In this document: piece after piece, positions 10,284 to 21,146 of the stretch
Layout: each line of letters begins with the position of its first letter
Numbering within the stretch: position 1 is the stretch's first letter
From: an uncultured Sphingorhabdus sp.
GTDB lineage: Bacteria > Pseudomonadota > Alphaproteobacteria > Sphingomonadales > Sphingomonadaceae
Reading direction: 5' to 3'
NCBI RefSeq assembly: GCF_937872355.1
Contig: NZ_CALMSV010000096.1
Coordinates: 25,404-89,403 of the forward strand
DNA: 64,000 nucleotides
Program-made: the position numbers and the translations under genes
The notes under the pieces: model-generated
Database searches by the model: none
Seen by the model: only the letters and a program-made list of their open reading frames with translations
What the model was told of the DNA's origin: nothing

Positions 10284-12061
10284 TCAAGACCGTGCAACTG
10301 GGCAAATCTCTCATTCTGGCAGCTTCGGCGTTCGGCATTTCAACAGCCGCGTCTGCGGGCACTGCCGATAGCGTTCGCCAAGCGGTCTCGCCCGATTCGC
10401 TTGACGCACTTGGCGCGATGCCGACAAGCAAGGACAAGCAGGCCTATGCTGCCATTTTTGCTGCGATTGACGGCAAGAACTGGGTGGAAGCAGCGCGATT
10501 GATTGAGGCTGCACCCAAAGGGCCTATGACTTCTATGGCCCGCGCCGAACTATATCTGGCGGCGGGTAGTCCGAAAGTTGAGGCTGCTCAGCTACAGGCG
10601 CTGCTCGAAGAGGCCCCCTGGCTTCCACAAGCCGAACAGATCGAAAAAATGGCTATCAAGCGCGGCGTCGCCGATCTGCCGGTACGACCAGGCACCCGCC
10701 GTTTTTCTTTCCTTGGCAGCGCCCCCAAACGCGATCTGCCCGATAGCAACCAAAGCGCAGCAGCCCTTCGCTCCAAGCTGCAGGAATTTATCAAGGCCGA
10801 CAATCCGGCTGAAGCGGAAGCGCTATTGAACGAACAAGGTGTTTCGCTCGACAGCGAAGCGCTCACCGAACTGCGTTATCGCGTCGCCTGGTCTTACTAT
10901 ATCGAAAATGATGACACAAACGCCCGCCGATTGGCCGCAACGGCAATGGTCGCAGGTGGAGCCTGGGCGACACAATCGCAATGGGTACATGGCCTGGCTA
11001 GCTGGCGTCTCGGCGACCAGCGCGAGGCTTTCGCCAGTTTCGACAAGGTTGCACGTACTGCCGATAATGATGAACTGCGTAGCGCAGCGCTTTTCTGGAG
11101 CAGCCGTGCGGCAATGGCTGCGCGTCAACCGCAACAAGTGCAACCGCGTCTTCAGGCAGCTGCCCGCCTTCAGGAAACCTTTTACGGTCTGCTTGCCAGC
11201 GAAGCATTGGGTATGGAACCGGTCGCGAGCAAGACGATGCGATATCATTCGACCAACTGGAAGCAGCTGGGCCAGCAAGAAAATGTCCGCACTGCCGTTA
11301 CACTCGCTTCAATCGGCAAAGATAGTCTTGCTGACGAAGCGCTCCGCCATCAGGCCAAGATCGGCAACCCCGAACAACATTCGGCACTCGCGCAAATTGC
11401 AGGCGCGTTGAATCTGCCTGCAACGCAGCTTTGGATGGGGCATTATGGCCCATCCGGCGGAAAACTCGATCCGATGATGCGTTATCCCTATCCGAACTGG
11501 ACGCCAATTGGCGGTTGGCGCATTGACCCGTCGCTGGTTTATGCCCACTCACTGCAGGAGTCCGCCTTCCGCACCTCAGTGATCAGCAGCGCAGGTGCGC
11601 GTGGCCTGATGCAGGTTAAGCCATCTACCGCCCAGGAAATGGCGCGCGCGCGCGGCTCTTTCCTGTCAGCGAGCGATCTAGACCGTCCTTCGGTTAATCT
11701 GGAATATGGCCAGAGCTACATCGAGAAATTACGCGACATGAACGCGACCGGAGGGCTGCTGCCAAAGGTCATCGCTGCCTATAACGCCGGACCGGCCCCC
11801 GTCACGCGCTGGAATAGCGAAATCCGCGACAATGGCGATCCACTGCTGTTTATAGAGTCGATCCCTTATTGGGAAACCCGCGGCTATGTATCGATCATCC
11901 TGCGCAACTACTGGATGTACGAAATCCAGCGCGGCAAAAATAGCGGCAGCATGAAGGGACTTGCGCAATATTTATGGCCCACAGTCCCCAAGGAAGGCCG
12001 CGTGGCCACTGTTCGCATGGGCAACACGCCACGAAATGGAGGCAGCATTGCCGCTCGATGA
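10280..12061 (+). CDS. Soluble lytic murein transglycosylase (SLT domain)
   Basis: Signal peptide; LQESAF catalytic Glu, GARGLMQV, AAYNAGP, ETRGYV; GTG start overlaps upstream TGA. Confidence 0.93.
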   Translation: MIKTVQLGKSLILAASAFGISTAASAGTADSVRQAVSPDSLDALGAMPTSKDKQAYAAIFAAIDGKNWVEAARLIEAAPKGPMTSMARAELYLAAGSPKVEAAQLQALLEEAPWLPQAEQIEKMAIKRGVADLPVRPGTRRFSFLGSAPKRDLPDSNQSAAALRSKLQEFIKADNPAEAEALLNEQGVSLDSEALTELRYRVAWSYYIENDDTNARRLAATAMVAGGAWATQSQWVHGLASWRLGDQREAFASFDKVARTADNDELRSAALFWSSRAAMAARQPQQVQPRLQAAARLQETFYGLLASEALGMEPVASKTMRYHSTNWKQLGQQENVRTAVTLASIGKDSLADEALRHQAKIGNPEQHSALAQIAGALNLPATQLWMGHYGPSGGKLDPMMRYPYPNWTPIGGWRIDPSLVYAHSLQESAFRTSVISSAGARGLMQVKPSTAQEMARARGSFLSASDLDRPSVNLEYGQSYIEKLRDMNATGGLLPKVIAAYNAGPAPVTRWNSEIRDNGDPLLFIESIPYWETRGYVSIILRNYWMYEIQRGKNSGSMKGLAQYLWPTVPKEGRVATVRMGNTPRNGGSIAAR

Positions 12062-12575
12062 AACCAAGCCCTTCAAGCCCGTCAACATCGCGTTGATCAC
12101 GGTGTCGGACACCCGCACATTTGCAAACGACACCAGCGGTGATCTTTTGGCAGATTTCATAGTCGAGGCTGGACATAAATTGGCCGACCGCGTGATCGAG
12201 CAAGACGATGCCTCTCGATTGGTCGCACGGCTGCATATGCTTATCGATGATGACAATATCGACGTTGTCATTTTAACCGGTGGCACCGGCCTCACCGGGC
12301 GCGATATTACGCCCGAGGCGCTTGATCGCGTAAAAAGCAAGGATATCCCGGGCTTTGGCGAATTGTTCCGAATGCTGAGTTACGAAACCATTGGCACTTC
12401 AACAATCCAGAGTCGCGCTTGTGCAGTGCTGGCGCGGGGGACCTATATTTTTGCCCTGCCTGGTTCGAATGGTGCGGTGAAAGATGGCTGGACCAAGATT
12501 TTGGTCCACCAGCTCGACAGCCGTCATAAGCCGTGCAACTTCGTTGAACTGATGCCTCGGCTGCGCGAACAATAA
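12048..12575 (+). CDS. moaB: Molybdenum cofactor biosynthesis protein B
   Basis: ITVSDTR, TGGTGLTGRDITPEA, IQSRA, LPGS; TTG start chosen because GGAGG lies 5 nt upstream (alternative ATG 12036). Confidence 0.93.
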   Translation: MPLDETKPFKPVNIALITVSDTRTFANDTSGDLLADFIVEAGHKLADRVIEQDDASRLVARLHMLIDDDNIDVVILTGGTGLTGRDITPEALDRVKSKDIPGFGELFRMLSYETIGTSTIQSRACAVLARGTYIFALPGSNGAVKDGWTKILVHQLDSRHKPCNFVELMPRLREQ

Positions 12576-12592
12576 TTGTTCTTTATTTGTTC
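12567..12592. promoter_or_regulatory. Alphaproteobacterial LexA box upstream of radical SAM gene
   Basis: GTTC-TTTATTT-GTTC at 12578-12592, plus overlapping GAAC-AATAATT-GTTC at 12567-12581. Confidence 0.8.
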
Positions 12593-12643
12593 CATGCTTG
12601 GTGTTACCCTTTCCGGGTGCCCAAAAGCTGTTACCCGGATTTT

Positions 12644-13705
12644 GTGGAGGGACGAGGCGCTCCCGCCAACACCTCCCCTTCGCGTTTCAATCTGAATTCG
12701 CGAGAGGCGGATGGCGATTGGCTGGATGAACGCGAAGAGATTGACGGAGGTATTGCCCCACTGAGAACGCAAGTGACGTCGGAACGTCCAAAATCCGTCC
12801 TTGCCCGCAATACATCTCCTGACATCCCATTCGACAAATCGGTCAACCCCTATCGCGGCTGCGAACATGGATGCATCTATTGCTATGCCCGGCCTACTCA
12901 TGCCTATCATGACATGTCGCCAGGGCTTGATTTTGAAAGCCGCCTGTTCGCCAAACCCGATGCAGCCAGCTTGCTGCGTAAGGAAATCGGGCGCAAGGGG
13001 CATGTACCGACACCCATTGCCTTTGGCACGAACACAGACGCCTATCAGCCCATCGAACGCGAATGGAGGATCATGCGCCAATGCCTCGAAGTACTAGCAA
13101 AGGCCAATCATCCGCTAACTATCACGACAAAGTCTGACCGTATCCTGAGGGATATCGATTTGCTGGCACCCATGGCGACGAAGGGGTTGGTGGCTGTAGC
13201 AATTTCGGTGACCATGCTCGATCCGGCTTTGCACCGGATTTTAGAACCGCGCGCACCTCGCCCGGAGAAGCGATTGGCGGCAATTAAAGAACTGGCGACC
13301 GCAGGCATCCCCACTCACGTCAATGTAGCACCTATCATTCCCGCGATAAACGACCATGAAATCGAGTCTATCATAGAGCGAGCGGCAGACGCTGGCGCAA
13401 AAACCGCAAGCTGGATTCCGCTTCGCTTGCCACATGAAGTCGCACCTTTATTTCAGGATTGGCTGCAAGTGCATTTTCCCGACCGAGCAGGCAAAGTTAT
13501 GTCGATTGTTCGCTCAATCCGTGAAGGCAGAGACAACGATCCGAACTTTTTCCAGCGCATGCGCGGGTCGGGACCTTGGGCTGATTTGATCAGGAACCGT
13601 TTTAGAATCGCTGCGCGAAAGGCCGGACTAAACCAGACAAGGATAGAATTGCGCAGCGACCTGTTCATTCCGCCCCGCTGCGACGGACAACTGGCGCTGT
13701 TCTGA
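12644..13705 (+). CDS. PA0069/Rv2578c-family radical SAM protein (SplB-like)
   Basis: NPYRGCEHGCIYCYARPTH CxxxCxxC motif, GTNTDAYQP, TTKS; start trimmed to GTG 12644 (ORF opens at 12587). Confidence 0.9.
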   Translation: MEGRGAPANTSPSRFNLNSREADGDWLDEREEIDGGIAPLRTQVTSERPKSVLARNTSPDIPFDKSVNPYRGCEHGCIYCYARPTHAYHDMSPGLDFESRLFAKPDAASLLRKEIGRKGHVPTPIAFGTNTDAYQPIEREWRIMRQCLEVLAKANHPLTITTKSDRILRDIDLLAPMATKGLVAVAISVTMLDPALHRILEPRAPRPEKRLAAIKELATAGIPTHVNVAPIIPAINDHEIESIIERAADAGAKTASWIPLRLPHEVAPLFQDWLQVHFPDRAGKVMSIVRSIREGRDNDPNFFQRMRGSGPWADLIRNRFRIAARKAGLNQTRIELRSDLFIPPRCDGQLALF

Positions 13706-14146
13706 TCAGCCAAAGCTGCTGGTATCACCCTCCATGGGTGCAAAACGAATAAGTCGGCTCGTTTGCACCGCAGCCTGGCGGTTGACCACCGCGAGACGAT
13801 AGTCGGGGTCGGTGACCATCTCCAGAAACGCTCCGGCGTTGGGATATTGCGCGATGAAAGCTGCGTCCCAATGCTCGTCGGCAGGACCAGTCAGTACGGC
13901 CTGAAAGGCGCCGCGCCAAAGGACGCTTCCCCCCACGCGCTGGAAGATAGGTCCGCTGGTTTTACCATATTCCTGATAGGCGCGCTCGCCTGACCAGCCC
14001 TTGCCGGCATTTTCGTGACCTTCCGGATAGGCTGCAAGATCGCGATAACGGATCAGGTTGAGCATCTGGATCGGCACATCGCGCGGCAACGCTTTGAAGG
14101 CGTTGAATGCCTCACGCGTCGGATCGACATGCGCCTCGACAGACAT
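13706..14146 (-). CDS. DUF1330 family protein
   Basis: MLNLIRY, AYQEYG, EHWDAAFIAQYP; TGATG coupling to upstream ligase. Confidence 0.75.
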   Translation of the reverse strand: MSVEAHVDPTREAFNAFKALPRDVPIQMLNLIRYRDLAAYPEGHENAGKGWSGERAYQEYGKTSGPIFQRVGGSVLWRGAFQAVLTGPADEHWDAAFIAQYPNAGAFLEMVTDPDYRLAVVNRQAAVQTSRLIRFAPMEGDTSSFG

Positions 14147-15750
14147 CAGCCGAGGCTCCGCAGTTTGTAATCCTTGTATTGCTTTCGCAGTTCTGCCTTC
14201 TGGATTTTGCCCGTGCCCGTGATCGGCATGCTGTCGACGAAATGCACCTCATCCGGCAGCCACCATTTGGCGATACGTTCCTTGAGGTAATCTATCACAT
14301 CGGTTTCGGTCAGCGTCTCCGCCTCGGGCTTTTTCACCGCAACAATGATCGGCCGCTCATCCCATTTGGGGTGATAGACACCGATGGCTGCGGCCTGCGC
14401 CACGCCAGGGCAGCCCACAGCGGCATTTTCCAGTTCAACCGAACTGATCCATTCGCCGCCCGACTTGATGACGTCCTTGACGCGATCGGTAATCTGCATA
14501 GTGCCATTCGGATGGATGACCGAGACGTCACCAGTATCGAACCATTGCTCCCCATCGACGGCATCGGTCTCGGCCTTGAAATAGCGCTTAATCACCCATG
14601 GCCCGCGAATTTGAAGCGCGCCTTCGGTGGTGCCATCGCGCGGGGCGACATTGCCGTCCTTATCGATAACGCGCAGCTCGACACCGAATGGGATTTTGCC
14701 CTGTTTTGAAACAACATCGATCTGCTGGTCGAGCGTCATTTCATCCCAGCCCGGGATGGGTGCACCCATCGTGCCGATCGGAGAGGTTTCCGTCATGCCC
14801 CAAGCGTGAGCAACACGCACACCTTGTGTCATCAGCCGCTCGATCATCATGCGGGGAGCCGCCGTGCCTCCAATGGTCACCAATTGTAATTTGCCAAGGT
14901 CATAGCGGCGCCCTGCAGCCTTTTCAGCATCGAGGTGCTGGAACATCGCAAGCCACACCGTCGGTACGCCAGCGCTGTGCGTGACGCCTTCGTCGAGCAT
15001 CAGTGTATGCAGCACGGCTGCTTCGTTTGTGGTGGAAAAAACGAACTTCACGCCAGCCATCGCACCCGCAAAAGGCAGGCCCCAGCTCGCAGCATGGAAC
15101 ATTGGGACGATCGGCAACAAAACCGCAGTCATCGATAAGTTGAAGATGGTCGGCGCCACCTCCGCCATGGCGTGCAACATGGTCGAGCGATGCTGGTACA
15201 GCACGCCTTTCGGGTTTCCGGTCGTACCGCTCGTATAGCGGAGAATGCAAGGGTCGCCCTCGTCGCCCCCCCCCCAATCGAAATTGCCTTCCTGCCCGCC
15301 GAGCCATTCTTCATACTGCACACTGTCGAAGACGATATAATGCTCCACTGTCTTCAAATGCGGCTTCAGCCGGTCAATGACGGGCTGGAACTGCGCATCA
15401 TAGAGCAGCACCTTATCCTCGGCATGGTTCATGATGTAGATAAGGTCTTCATCAAACAACCGGACGTTCACAGTGTGGATCACACCGCCGCAGCCAATCG
15501 CACCATACCAGGCTGCCAGATGACGGTGGTGGTTCATCGCAAAGGTCGCAACGCGATCTGCGGGCTTAAGCCCCATGCCGACAAAGGCTTGCGCCATGCG
15601 CCGCGCCTCACTGGCAACGCCCGCCCAATTGGTGCGTTCGATGCTGCCATCGGCCCAGCGCGTCACAATTTCGCGGGTGCCATGTTCGCGTTCGGCATAG
15701 TCAATCAGATGTGTGACCCTCAGATCCCAATCTTGCATTCCACCCAGCAT
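14146..15750 (-). CDS. Fatty-acid--CoA ligase (AlkK/DmdB-like AMP-binding family)
   Basis: [46 protein letters not shown]. Confidence 0.92.
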   Translation of the reverse strand: MLGGMQDWDLRVTHLIDYAEREHGTREIVTRWADGSIERTNWAGVASEARRMAQAFVGMGLKPADRVATFAMNHHRHLAAWYGAIGCGGVIHTVNVRLFDEDLIYIMNHAEDKVLLYDAQFQPVIDRLKPHLKTVEHYIVFDSVQYEEWLGGQEGNFDWGGGDEGDPCILRYTSGTTGNPKGVLYQHRSTMLHAMAEVAPTIFNLSMTAVLLPIVPMFHAASWGLPFAGAMAGVKFVFSTTNEAAVLHTLMLDEGVTHSAGVPTVWLAMFQHLDAEKAAGRRYDLGKLQLVTIGGTAAPRMMIERLMTQGVRVAHAWGMTETSPIGTMGAPIPGWDEMTLDQQIDVVSKQGKIPFGVELRVIDKDGNVAPRDGTTEGALQIRGPWVIKRYFKAETDAVDGEQWFDTGDVSVIHPNGTMQITDRVKDVIKSGGEWISSVELENAAVGCPGVAQAAAIGVYHPKWDERPIIVAVKKPEAETLTETDVIDYLKERIAKWWLPDEVHFVDSMPITGTGKIQKAELRKQYKDYKLRSLG

Positions 15751-15776
15751 TTTTCTCTCCCCTGCCCGCTATATTT

Positions 15777-18700
15777 TCAGCGGACGCTCATCAGATGCGG
15801 TTTGACCGGCGCGAGTTCCACATTCTCGACGCCTTGTATTTCTTTGACCTTCTCGACCAGCTCCACGTCAAGCCTGAATTTGCGTCCTAGTACGATATCG
15901 GCGGTCTTGCCGTTGGCGGTGCGAGTGCGTGCAATAACTTCACCGCGTCCGCCACCAAGCGGCAGGATCAGGCCTTGAAGCCGCAGAAAGGCATCAGCGC
16001 TGTCGATATCCAGCAGCATTTTGAATTGCGTGTTCGATACCAGACCAGCAAGCGGCTTTGCGCTGCGCACAGCGATGCGCGGAATTTCCTCACCCGAAGG
16101 CAGGTCCATTTCGACCGTAAGGAGCAGGCATTCTCCGGACTTAGCCCATTCAGCAAGACTCGCGCACACATCTTCATCGAAACAGCTTGCCTGAAACTGG
16201 CCGCTGCTGTCTGAAAAATCAGCCTGCACAAAGCGTTTGCCGCGTTTGGATTCACGCCACTTAACCGATTGAACCATTGCCGCAATTACCGCTGATTTGC
16301 GGCCGCCTTCGGGTATCGGGCCGCAATCAATGGTTTCGAGATAGCTTTTCGCTCCATGGCTTGCCGCAATCTGGGTGAATTGTGAAATGGGGTGTGAGGA
16401 GAAGTAGAAACCGAACGCCTCCCGCTCATGCTCCATTGTTTCCGCGACGGACCATTTCTCGGCATTGGGCAGACGCATCTTTCCTCCATCGGTTGCGGCA
16501 TCGCCGCCGAACAACCCTCCCTGCCCGCTTTCGCGCTGGTCGCGTGCTGACTGAGCGGTAGCGAGTATAGTTTCAATACCACCAAAGACTGACGCTCGAT
16601 TGGGTTCAAATTCGTCAAATGCCCCTGCGGAAGCAAGGTTTTCGAGACTGCGACGGTTGATTTGCGATGGATCGGCGCGGTTGGCGAAATCGTCGAGGTC
16701 GCGATAGGGTCCATTGGCCTCGCGCTCCGCAACAATGCCTTCCATCGCCTTTTCACCGACATTTTTGAGGCCGGCGAGCGCGTAGCGCACTGCCAATCCG
16801 GCATCGCATTCTTCAACGCTATATTCGGCTTCACTGTGGTTGATCGAAGGCGGCAGGCAGTGCGTGCCCATTCGGCGCATATCGTCAACAAACACCGCCA
16901 GCTTGTCGGTTTGATGCATATCGAAACACATCGATGCGGCGTAAAAGGCCTCAGGATGGTGCCGCTTCAGCCAGCCCGTATGGTAGGACAGTAACGCATA
17001 AGCCGCAGCGTGCGATTTGTTGAAGCCATAGCCTGCAAATTTGTCGATCAAGTCGAACAGTTCGTTCGCCTTAGCTGCGTCTATCTGGTTGTGCTCCGCG
17101 CAGCCCTTGACGAAGATCGCGCGCTGTTCATCCATTTCCGACTTGATCTTCTTGCCCATCGCGCGACGGAGAAGGTCTGCGCCGCCAAGCGAATAGCCAG
17201 CCAGGATCTGCGCGGCCTGCATCACCTGCTCCTGATAGACGAAGATACCATAGGTTTCGGCGAGAATGCCTTCAAGCAGCGGGTGCGGATACTCAATCTT
17301 CTCTTCGCCATTTTTACGGCGGCCGAACATCGGGATGTTGTCCATCGGGCCGGGGCGATAGAGTGAAACGAGCGCGATAATGTCGCCAAAATTGGTTGGT
17401 CGCACCGCCGCCAGCGTGCGCCGCATACCTTCGGATTCCAGCTGGAACACGCCCACCGTATCGCCCGATTGCAGCAGTTCATAGGTTGCTGGATCATCAA
17501 GCGTCAGCTTGTCAAACTCAACGATGATGCCGCGTTTGGCGAGCATTTGCGCCGCCTTTTGCAGCACTGACAGAGTCTTCAGGCCGAGAAAGTCGAATTT
17601 CACCAGCCCTGCTGCCTCGACAAATTTCATGTCGAACTGCGTAACGGGAATATCCGAGCGTGGATCGCGATAGAGTGGAACCAGTTCGGAAAGGGGCCTG
17701 TCTCCAATCACCACACCCGCAGCGTGGGTGGAGCTGTGGCGCGGTAAGCCCTCCAGCTTCATCGCAAGGTCGAACAACCGCTTGACCTGTTCATCGCGGC
17801 GATACTCTTCGCGCAGTTCGGGAACACCACCCAGTGCCTTCTCCAGATCCCACGGATCGGTTGGATGGTTCGGTACCAGCTTGCACAGCCTGTCCACTTG
17901 CCCATAGCTCATCTGCAAGACGCGACCGGTATCGCGCAAAACAGCGCGTGCCTTCAGCTTACCGAAGGTAATAATCTGCGCGACCTGGTTGCGGCCATAT
18001 TTCTCCTGCACATAGCGGATCACTTCACCACGACGCGTTTCGCAGAAGTCGATATCGAAGTCGGGCATCGATACGCGTTCGGGGTTGAGGAAGCGTTCGA
18101 ACAGCAAGCCGAGCTGCAACGGATCGAGGTCTGTAATCGTCAACGCCCATGCGACGACCGAGCCTGCACCCGAACCACGCCCGGGCCCCACCGCAATGTC
18201 ATGCGATTTGGCCCATTTGATGAAATCGGCAACGATCAGGAAGTAACCGGGAAAACCCATCGAGCAGATAACATCGCACTCGAATTCCAGTCGTTCGAAA
18301 TATGGTTTGCGGGCTTCTTCGTCTTTGATGCCGGCGTGCTCAAGCCGGGCAATAAGTCCCTCACGCGCATCGTCGCGTAACTGCTGTTCTTCTGCCTCTC
18401 GGCTGCCCGCAAGACTGGGGAGAATTGGTTTGCGTTTGGGTGCTCCGACCCCGCAGCGCTGCGCAACGACCAGCGTGTTGGACAGCGCCTCGGGCACATC
18501 GGCAAACAGTTCGGACATCTGCTGCCACGTCTTGATCCATGCATGCGGGCTGCTTTTACGGCGATCGTCATTCTCGACATATTCGCCATCTGAAATACAG
18601 AGCATCGCATCATGTGCGGCGTAGAAATCGGGTTCAGCAAAACAGGCGGGGTTAGTCGCGACCAGCGGTAGATCGCGCTCATAGGCCAGTGCGATTAATG

Positions 18701-19268
18701 CCTCTTCGGCAGCTTCTTCCGTCGCATCACCGCGCCGCGCCAGTTCAATATAGAGCCGGTCAGGGAAAAGCTTTTGCAGCTTTGAGCAATAGTCAGCGGC
18801 GCTATCCAGTTGCCCGTCGGCAAACAGCCGAGCGAGACCGCCCTCACCCGCCGCCGTCAAAGCAATCAGCCCATCGGTGCGCCCTTCCAATTGAGAAAAG
18901 CGCACCTGAGCATCGCTATCATCCGGATTTTCCAGATGCGCCATCGAGGTCAAGCGGCAGAGATTTTCATACCCCGCTTCGTCCTGCGCATAGAGTGCAA
19001 TCCAGTCGCGCACCGCCTGTCCGCCGGCATATTCCGGTGGCCTTTGCAAGCCGAGCATCAATCCCATTATCGGTTGGACGCCGACACCGCGGCAACCGTC
19101 TTCGAAAGGCATCACCCCATAGAGCCCGTTACGGTCGGTGATTGCGACAGCCGGAAAGCCTAGGCCCTTGGCATATTTACCGATAGCCTTGGGCTCGATC
19201 GCACCCTCTAGCATCGTGTAAGCGGAGAAAACCCGCAAGGGAACAAAGGGTGCGATGGCCATGCGCAC
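15777..19268 (-). CDS. dnaE: DNA polymerase III alpha subunit
   Basis: PHP domain, GPGRGSGAGS, PDFDIDFC, YGFNKSHAAAY, OB-fold; 1163 aa. Confidence 0.98.
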   Translation of the reverse strand: MRMAIAPFVPLRVFSAYTMLEGAIEPKAIGKYAKGLGFPAVAITDRNGLYGVMPFEDGCRGVGVQPIMGLMLGLQRPPEYAGGQAVRDWIALYAQDEAGYENLCRLTSMAHLENPDDSDAQVRFSQLEGRTDGLIALTAAGEGGLARLFADGQLDSAADYCSKLQKLFPDRLYIELARRGDATEEAAEEALIALAYERDLPLVATNPACFAEPDFYAAHDAMLCISDGEYVENDDRRKSSPHAWIKTWQQMSELFADVPEALSNTLVVAQRCGVGAPKRKPILPSLAGSREAEEQQLRDDAREGLIARLEHAGIKDEEARKPYFERLEFECDVICSMGFPGYFLIVADFIKWAKSHDIAVGPGRGSGAGSVVAWALTITDLDPLQLGLLFERFLNPERVSMPDFDIDFCETRRGEVIRYVQEKYGRNQVAQIITFGKLKARAVLRDTGRVLQMSYGQVDRLCKLVPNHPTDPWDLEKALGGVPELREEYRRDEQVKRLFDLAMKLEGLPRHSSTHAAGVVIGDRPLSELVPLYRDPRSDIPVTQFDMKFVEAAGLVKFDFLGLKTLSVLQKAAQMLAKRGIIVEFDKLTLDDPATYELLQSGDTVGVFQLESEGMRRTLAAVRPTNFGDIIALVSLYRPGPMDNIPMFGRRKNGEEKIEYPHPLLEGILAETYGIFVYQEQVMQAAQILAGYSLGGADLLRRAMGKKIKSEMDEQRAIFVKGCAEHNQIDAAKANELFDLIDKFAGYGFNKSHAAAYALLSYHTGWLKRHHPEAFYAASMCFDMHQTDKLAVFVDDMRRMGTHCLPPSINHSEAEYSVEECDAGLAVRYALAGLKNVGEKAMEGIVAEREANGPYRDLDDFANRADPSQINRRSLENLASAGAFDEFEPNRASVFGGIETILATAQSARDQRESGQGGLFGGDAATDGGKMRLPNAEKWSVAETMEHEREAFGFYFSSHPISQFTQIAASHGAKSYLETIDCGPIPEGGRKSAVIAAMVQSVKWRESKRGKRFVQADFSDSSGQFQASCFDEDVCASLAEWAKSGECLLLTVEMDLPSGEEIPRIAVRSAKPLAGLVSNTQFKMLLDIDSADAFLRLQGLILPLGGGRGEVIARTRTANGKTADIVLGRKFRLDVELVEKVKEIQGVENVELAPVKPHLMSVR

Positions 19269-19346
19269 AAAGTGCGTCAGTCTCGATGATTCTGCAAATG
19301 AAAGCGCGGGCTAATTTGTGGACAAACACCACCCTGCCGACGCCAA

Positions 19347-19826
19347 CTAACCCAATAGCTTTTCAATATCCTTTTCCAGCGAACCAGGCGCCACTTGCGG
19401 GCCATAGCGGCCGACAACTTTACCATCGCGATCGACAAGGAATTTGGTGAAGTTCCATTTGATTGCGCGGCTACCGAGCAGACCCGCCTGCTGATCCTTT
19501 AGATGCTTCCACAACGGGTCAGCAGCATCACCGTTTACGTCAATTTTCTTGGCTAGTGGAAAGGTAACATCGTAGGTTAGCGAGCAGAAATTCTTGATTT
19601 CTTCCTCATCGCCTGGTTCCTGCGCACCAAACTGGTTGCAGGGAAAGGCCATTACAACGAGGCCTTTTTCGCCATATTTTTCGTACAGCGCCTCCAGCCC
19701 CTTATATTGCGGGGTGAAGCCGCATTTCGATGCAGTGTTCACTAGCAACAAAACTTTGCCCTTAAACGCAGACATATCCTGCTTGCCGCCGCCGGGCATG
19801 TCGACGGTGAAATCATGTACGTTCAT
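19347..19826 (-). CDS. Cys-type glutathione peroxidase
   Basis: NTASKCGFTPQY, FPCNQFGAQEPG, KWNFTKFL. Confidence 0.95.
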   Translation of the reverse strand: MNVHDFTVDMPGGGKQDMSAFKGKVLLLVNTASKCGFTPQYKGLEALYEKYGEKGLVVMAFPCNQFGAQEPGDEEEIKNFCSLTYDVTFPLAKKIDVNGDAADPLWKHLKDQQAGLLGSRAIKWNFTKFLVDRDGKVVGRYGPQVAPGSLEKDIEKLLG

Positions 19827-19840
19827 TGCAATCTCCGGCG

Positions 19841-20377
19841 CTATTTGGCCGGAATGGGCTCTTTGCGCTTCTTATATATAAAATCGAAATTGGTCGACCA
19901 TGTCAAACCCTGGTCTGTCGATTGTTCGCCATGCTGGCGGACCGAGCCATCGGGTTGCAGCGAATAGATCATCCGGATCAGCGCATCCTGTCCTGGACCG
20001 TTTACACCTGCCCACATTCCGGTCAGCACCATCTTTTCGCCGGTAAATCCGCCGTCAAAATTGACATGGCCCGGCGCGGAACCGACCCAAGTCTGGTGCC
20101 AGCTCTTCGTTGCCGGGTTGTAGGCGTTCAGACTCCCACCTCCCGGCCCTTTCAGCGGCATCCAGTTCTCGCGGATCGCGCAGCCCGCATAGAGTTTCTC
20201 GATCTTGCTAAGCGCAACTTGATTGTCTTTGCCATTGGGATAGACATCCCATTCACCCACCCAGAAATCAAACTGGCTGAATTCTGCTGCGGCACAAGGC
20301 GACGGAGGCGGCGCGGATGGTGCTGCGGCGGGCGCCGATTGGACTGCGAGTAAAATTGCTGGTGCAAAAAAGCTCAT
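19841..20377 (-). CDS. Secreted conserved hypothetical protein (DUF1579-like beta-barrel)
   Basis: Signal peptide, Pro/Ala linker, C..AEFSQFDFWVGEWDV motif, GCAIRENW. Confidence 0.65.
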   Translation of the reverse strand: MSFFAPAILLAVQSAPAAAPSAPPPSPCAAAEFSQFDFWVGEWDVYPNGKDNQVALSKIEKLYAGCAIRENWMPLKGPGGGSLNAYNPATKSWHQTWVGSAPGHVNFDGGFTGEKMVLTGMWAGVNGPGQDALIRMIYSLQPDGSVRQHGEQSTDQGLTWSTNFDFIYKKRKEPIPAK

Positions 20378-20471
20378 GATGTTTCTCCCCAGATTTGGAG
20401 ATCATGAATGTGTGTCAAATTTCAGCAATTGCTTGTCGTCCATTCGACTTGGAGATTCGATAAACGTCAAT

Positions 20472-21146
20472 TCAGCCGAGCACGCCATCGTGCAGGCGCA
20501 CGACGCGGTCCATCTTGGCCGCAAGGCGTTCATTATGTGTCGCAACCAGCGCTGCCGAGCCTTGCTCGCGCACCAGCGTCATGAACTCACGCAACACTAC
20601 ATCGGCGGTATGTTCGTCCAAATTGCCGGTGGGCTCGTCTGCCAAAACAAGGCGAGGCCTATTTGCGAGCGCACGCGCGACCGCAACGCGTTGTTGCTCA
20701 CCACCCGAAAGCTTCGACGGGCGATGTTCGAGCCGCTCACCCAATCCCAGCGTCGACAGCAATGAAGTCGCACGCTCCGTTGCTGCATCAGGCTCCACGC
20801 CTGCGATCAGTTGCGGCAGCACGACATTTTCAAGCGCATCGAAATCAGGCAACAAATGATGAAACTGATACACAAAGCCCAGCTTCGCGCGGCGGACATC
20901 GGTTGCCCGGTCTGGCCCGGCATCGCGCATTTCCTCACCATCGATCAGGATAGAGCCGGTAAAGCCGCCCTCAAGCAGCCCCAGTGCCTGCAACAGCGTC
21001 GACTTGCCAGTGCCAGAAGGCCCAAGCAACGCCACTAGTTCGCCCTCGGCTATCGAGAGATTTACTCCACGCAAAACGTCAATAGTCACGTCACCCTGCG
21101 TAAAGCTGCGTCGGACATCGCGCATTTCGGCGACTATCTTACTCAT
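20472..21146 (-). CDS. lolD: Lipoprotein-releasing ABC transporter ATP-binding protein
   Basis: [37 protein letters not shown]. Confidence 0.95.
   Translation of the reverse strand: MSKIVAEMRDVRRSFTQGDVTIDVLRGVNLSIAEGELVALLGPSGTGKSTLLQALGLLEGGFTGSILIDGEEMRDAGPDRATDVRRAKLGFVYQFHHLLPDFDALENVVLPQLIAGVEPDAATERATSLLSTLGLGERLEHRPSKLSGGEQQRVAVARALANRPRLVLADEPTGNLDEHTADVVLREFMTLVREQGSAALVATHNERLAAKMDRVVRLHDGVLG

Noticed and set aside
13703-13708. Zero-gap tail-to-tail stops (TGATCA) and 4-nt convergent overlap at 45506-45509
   Set aside because: Ordinary consequence of a compact genome
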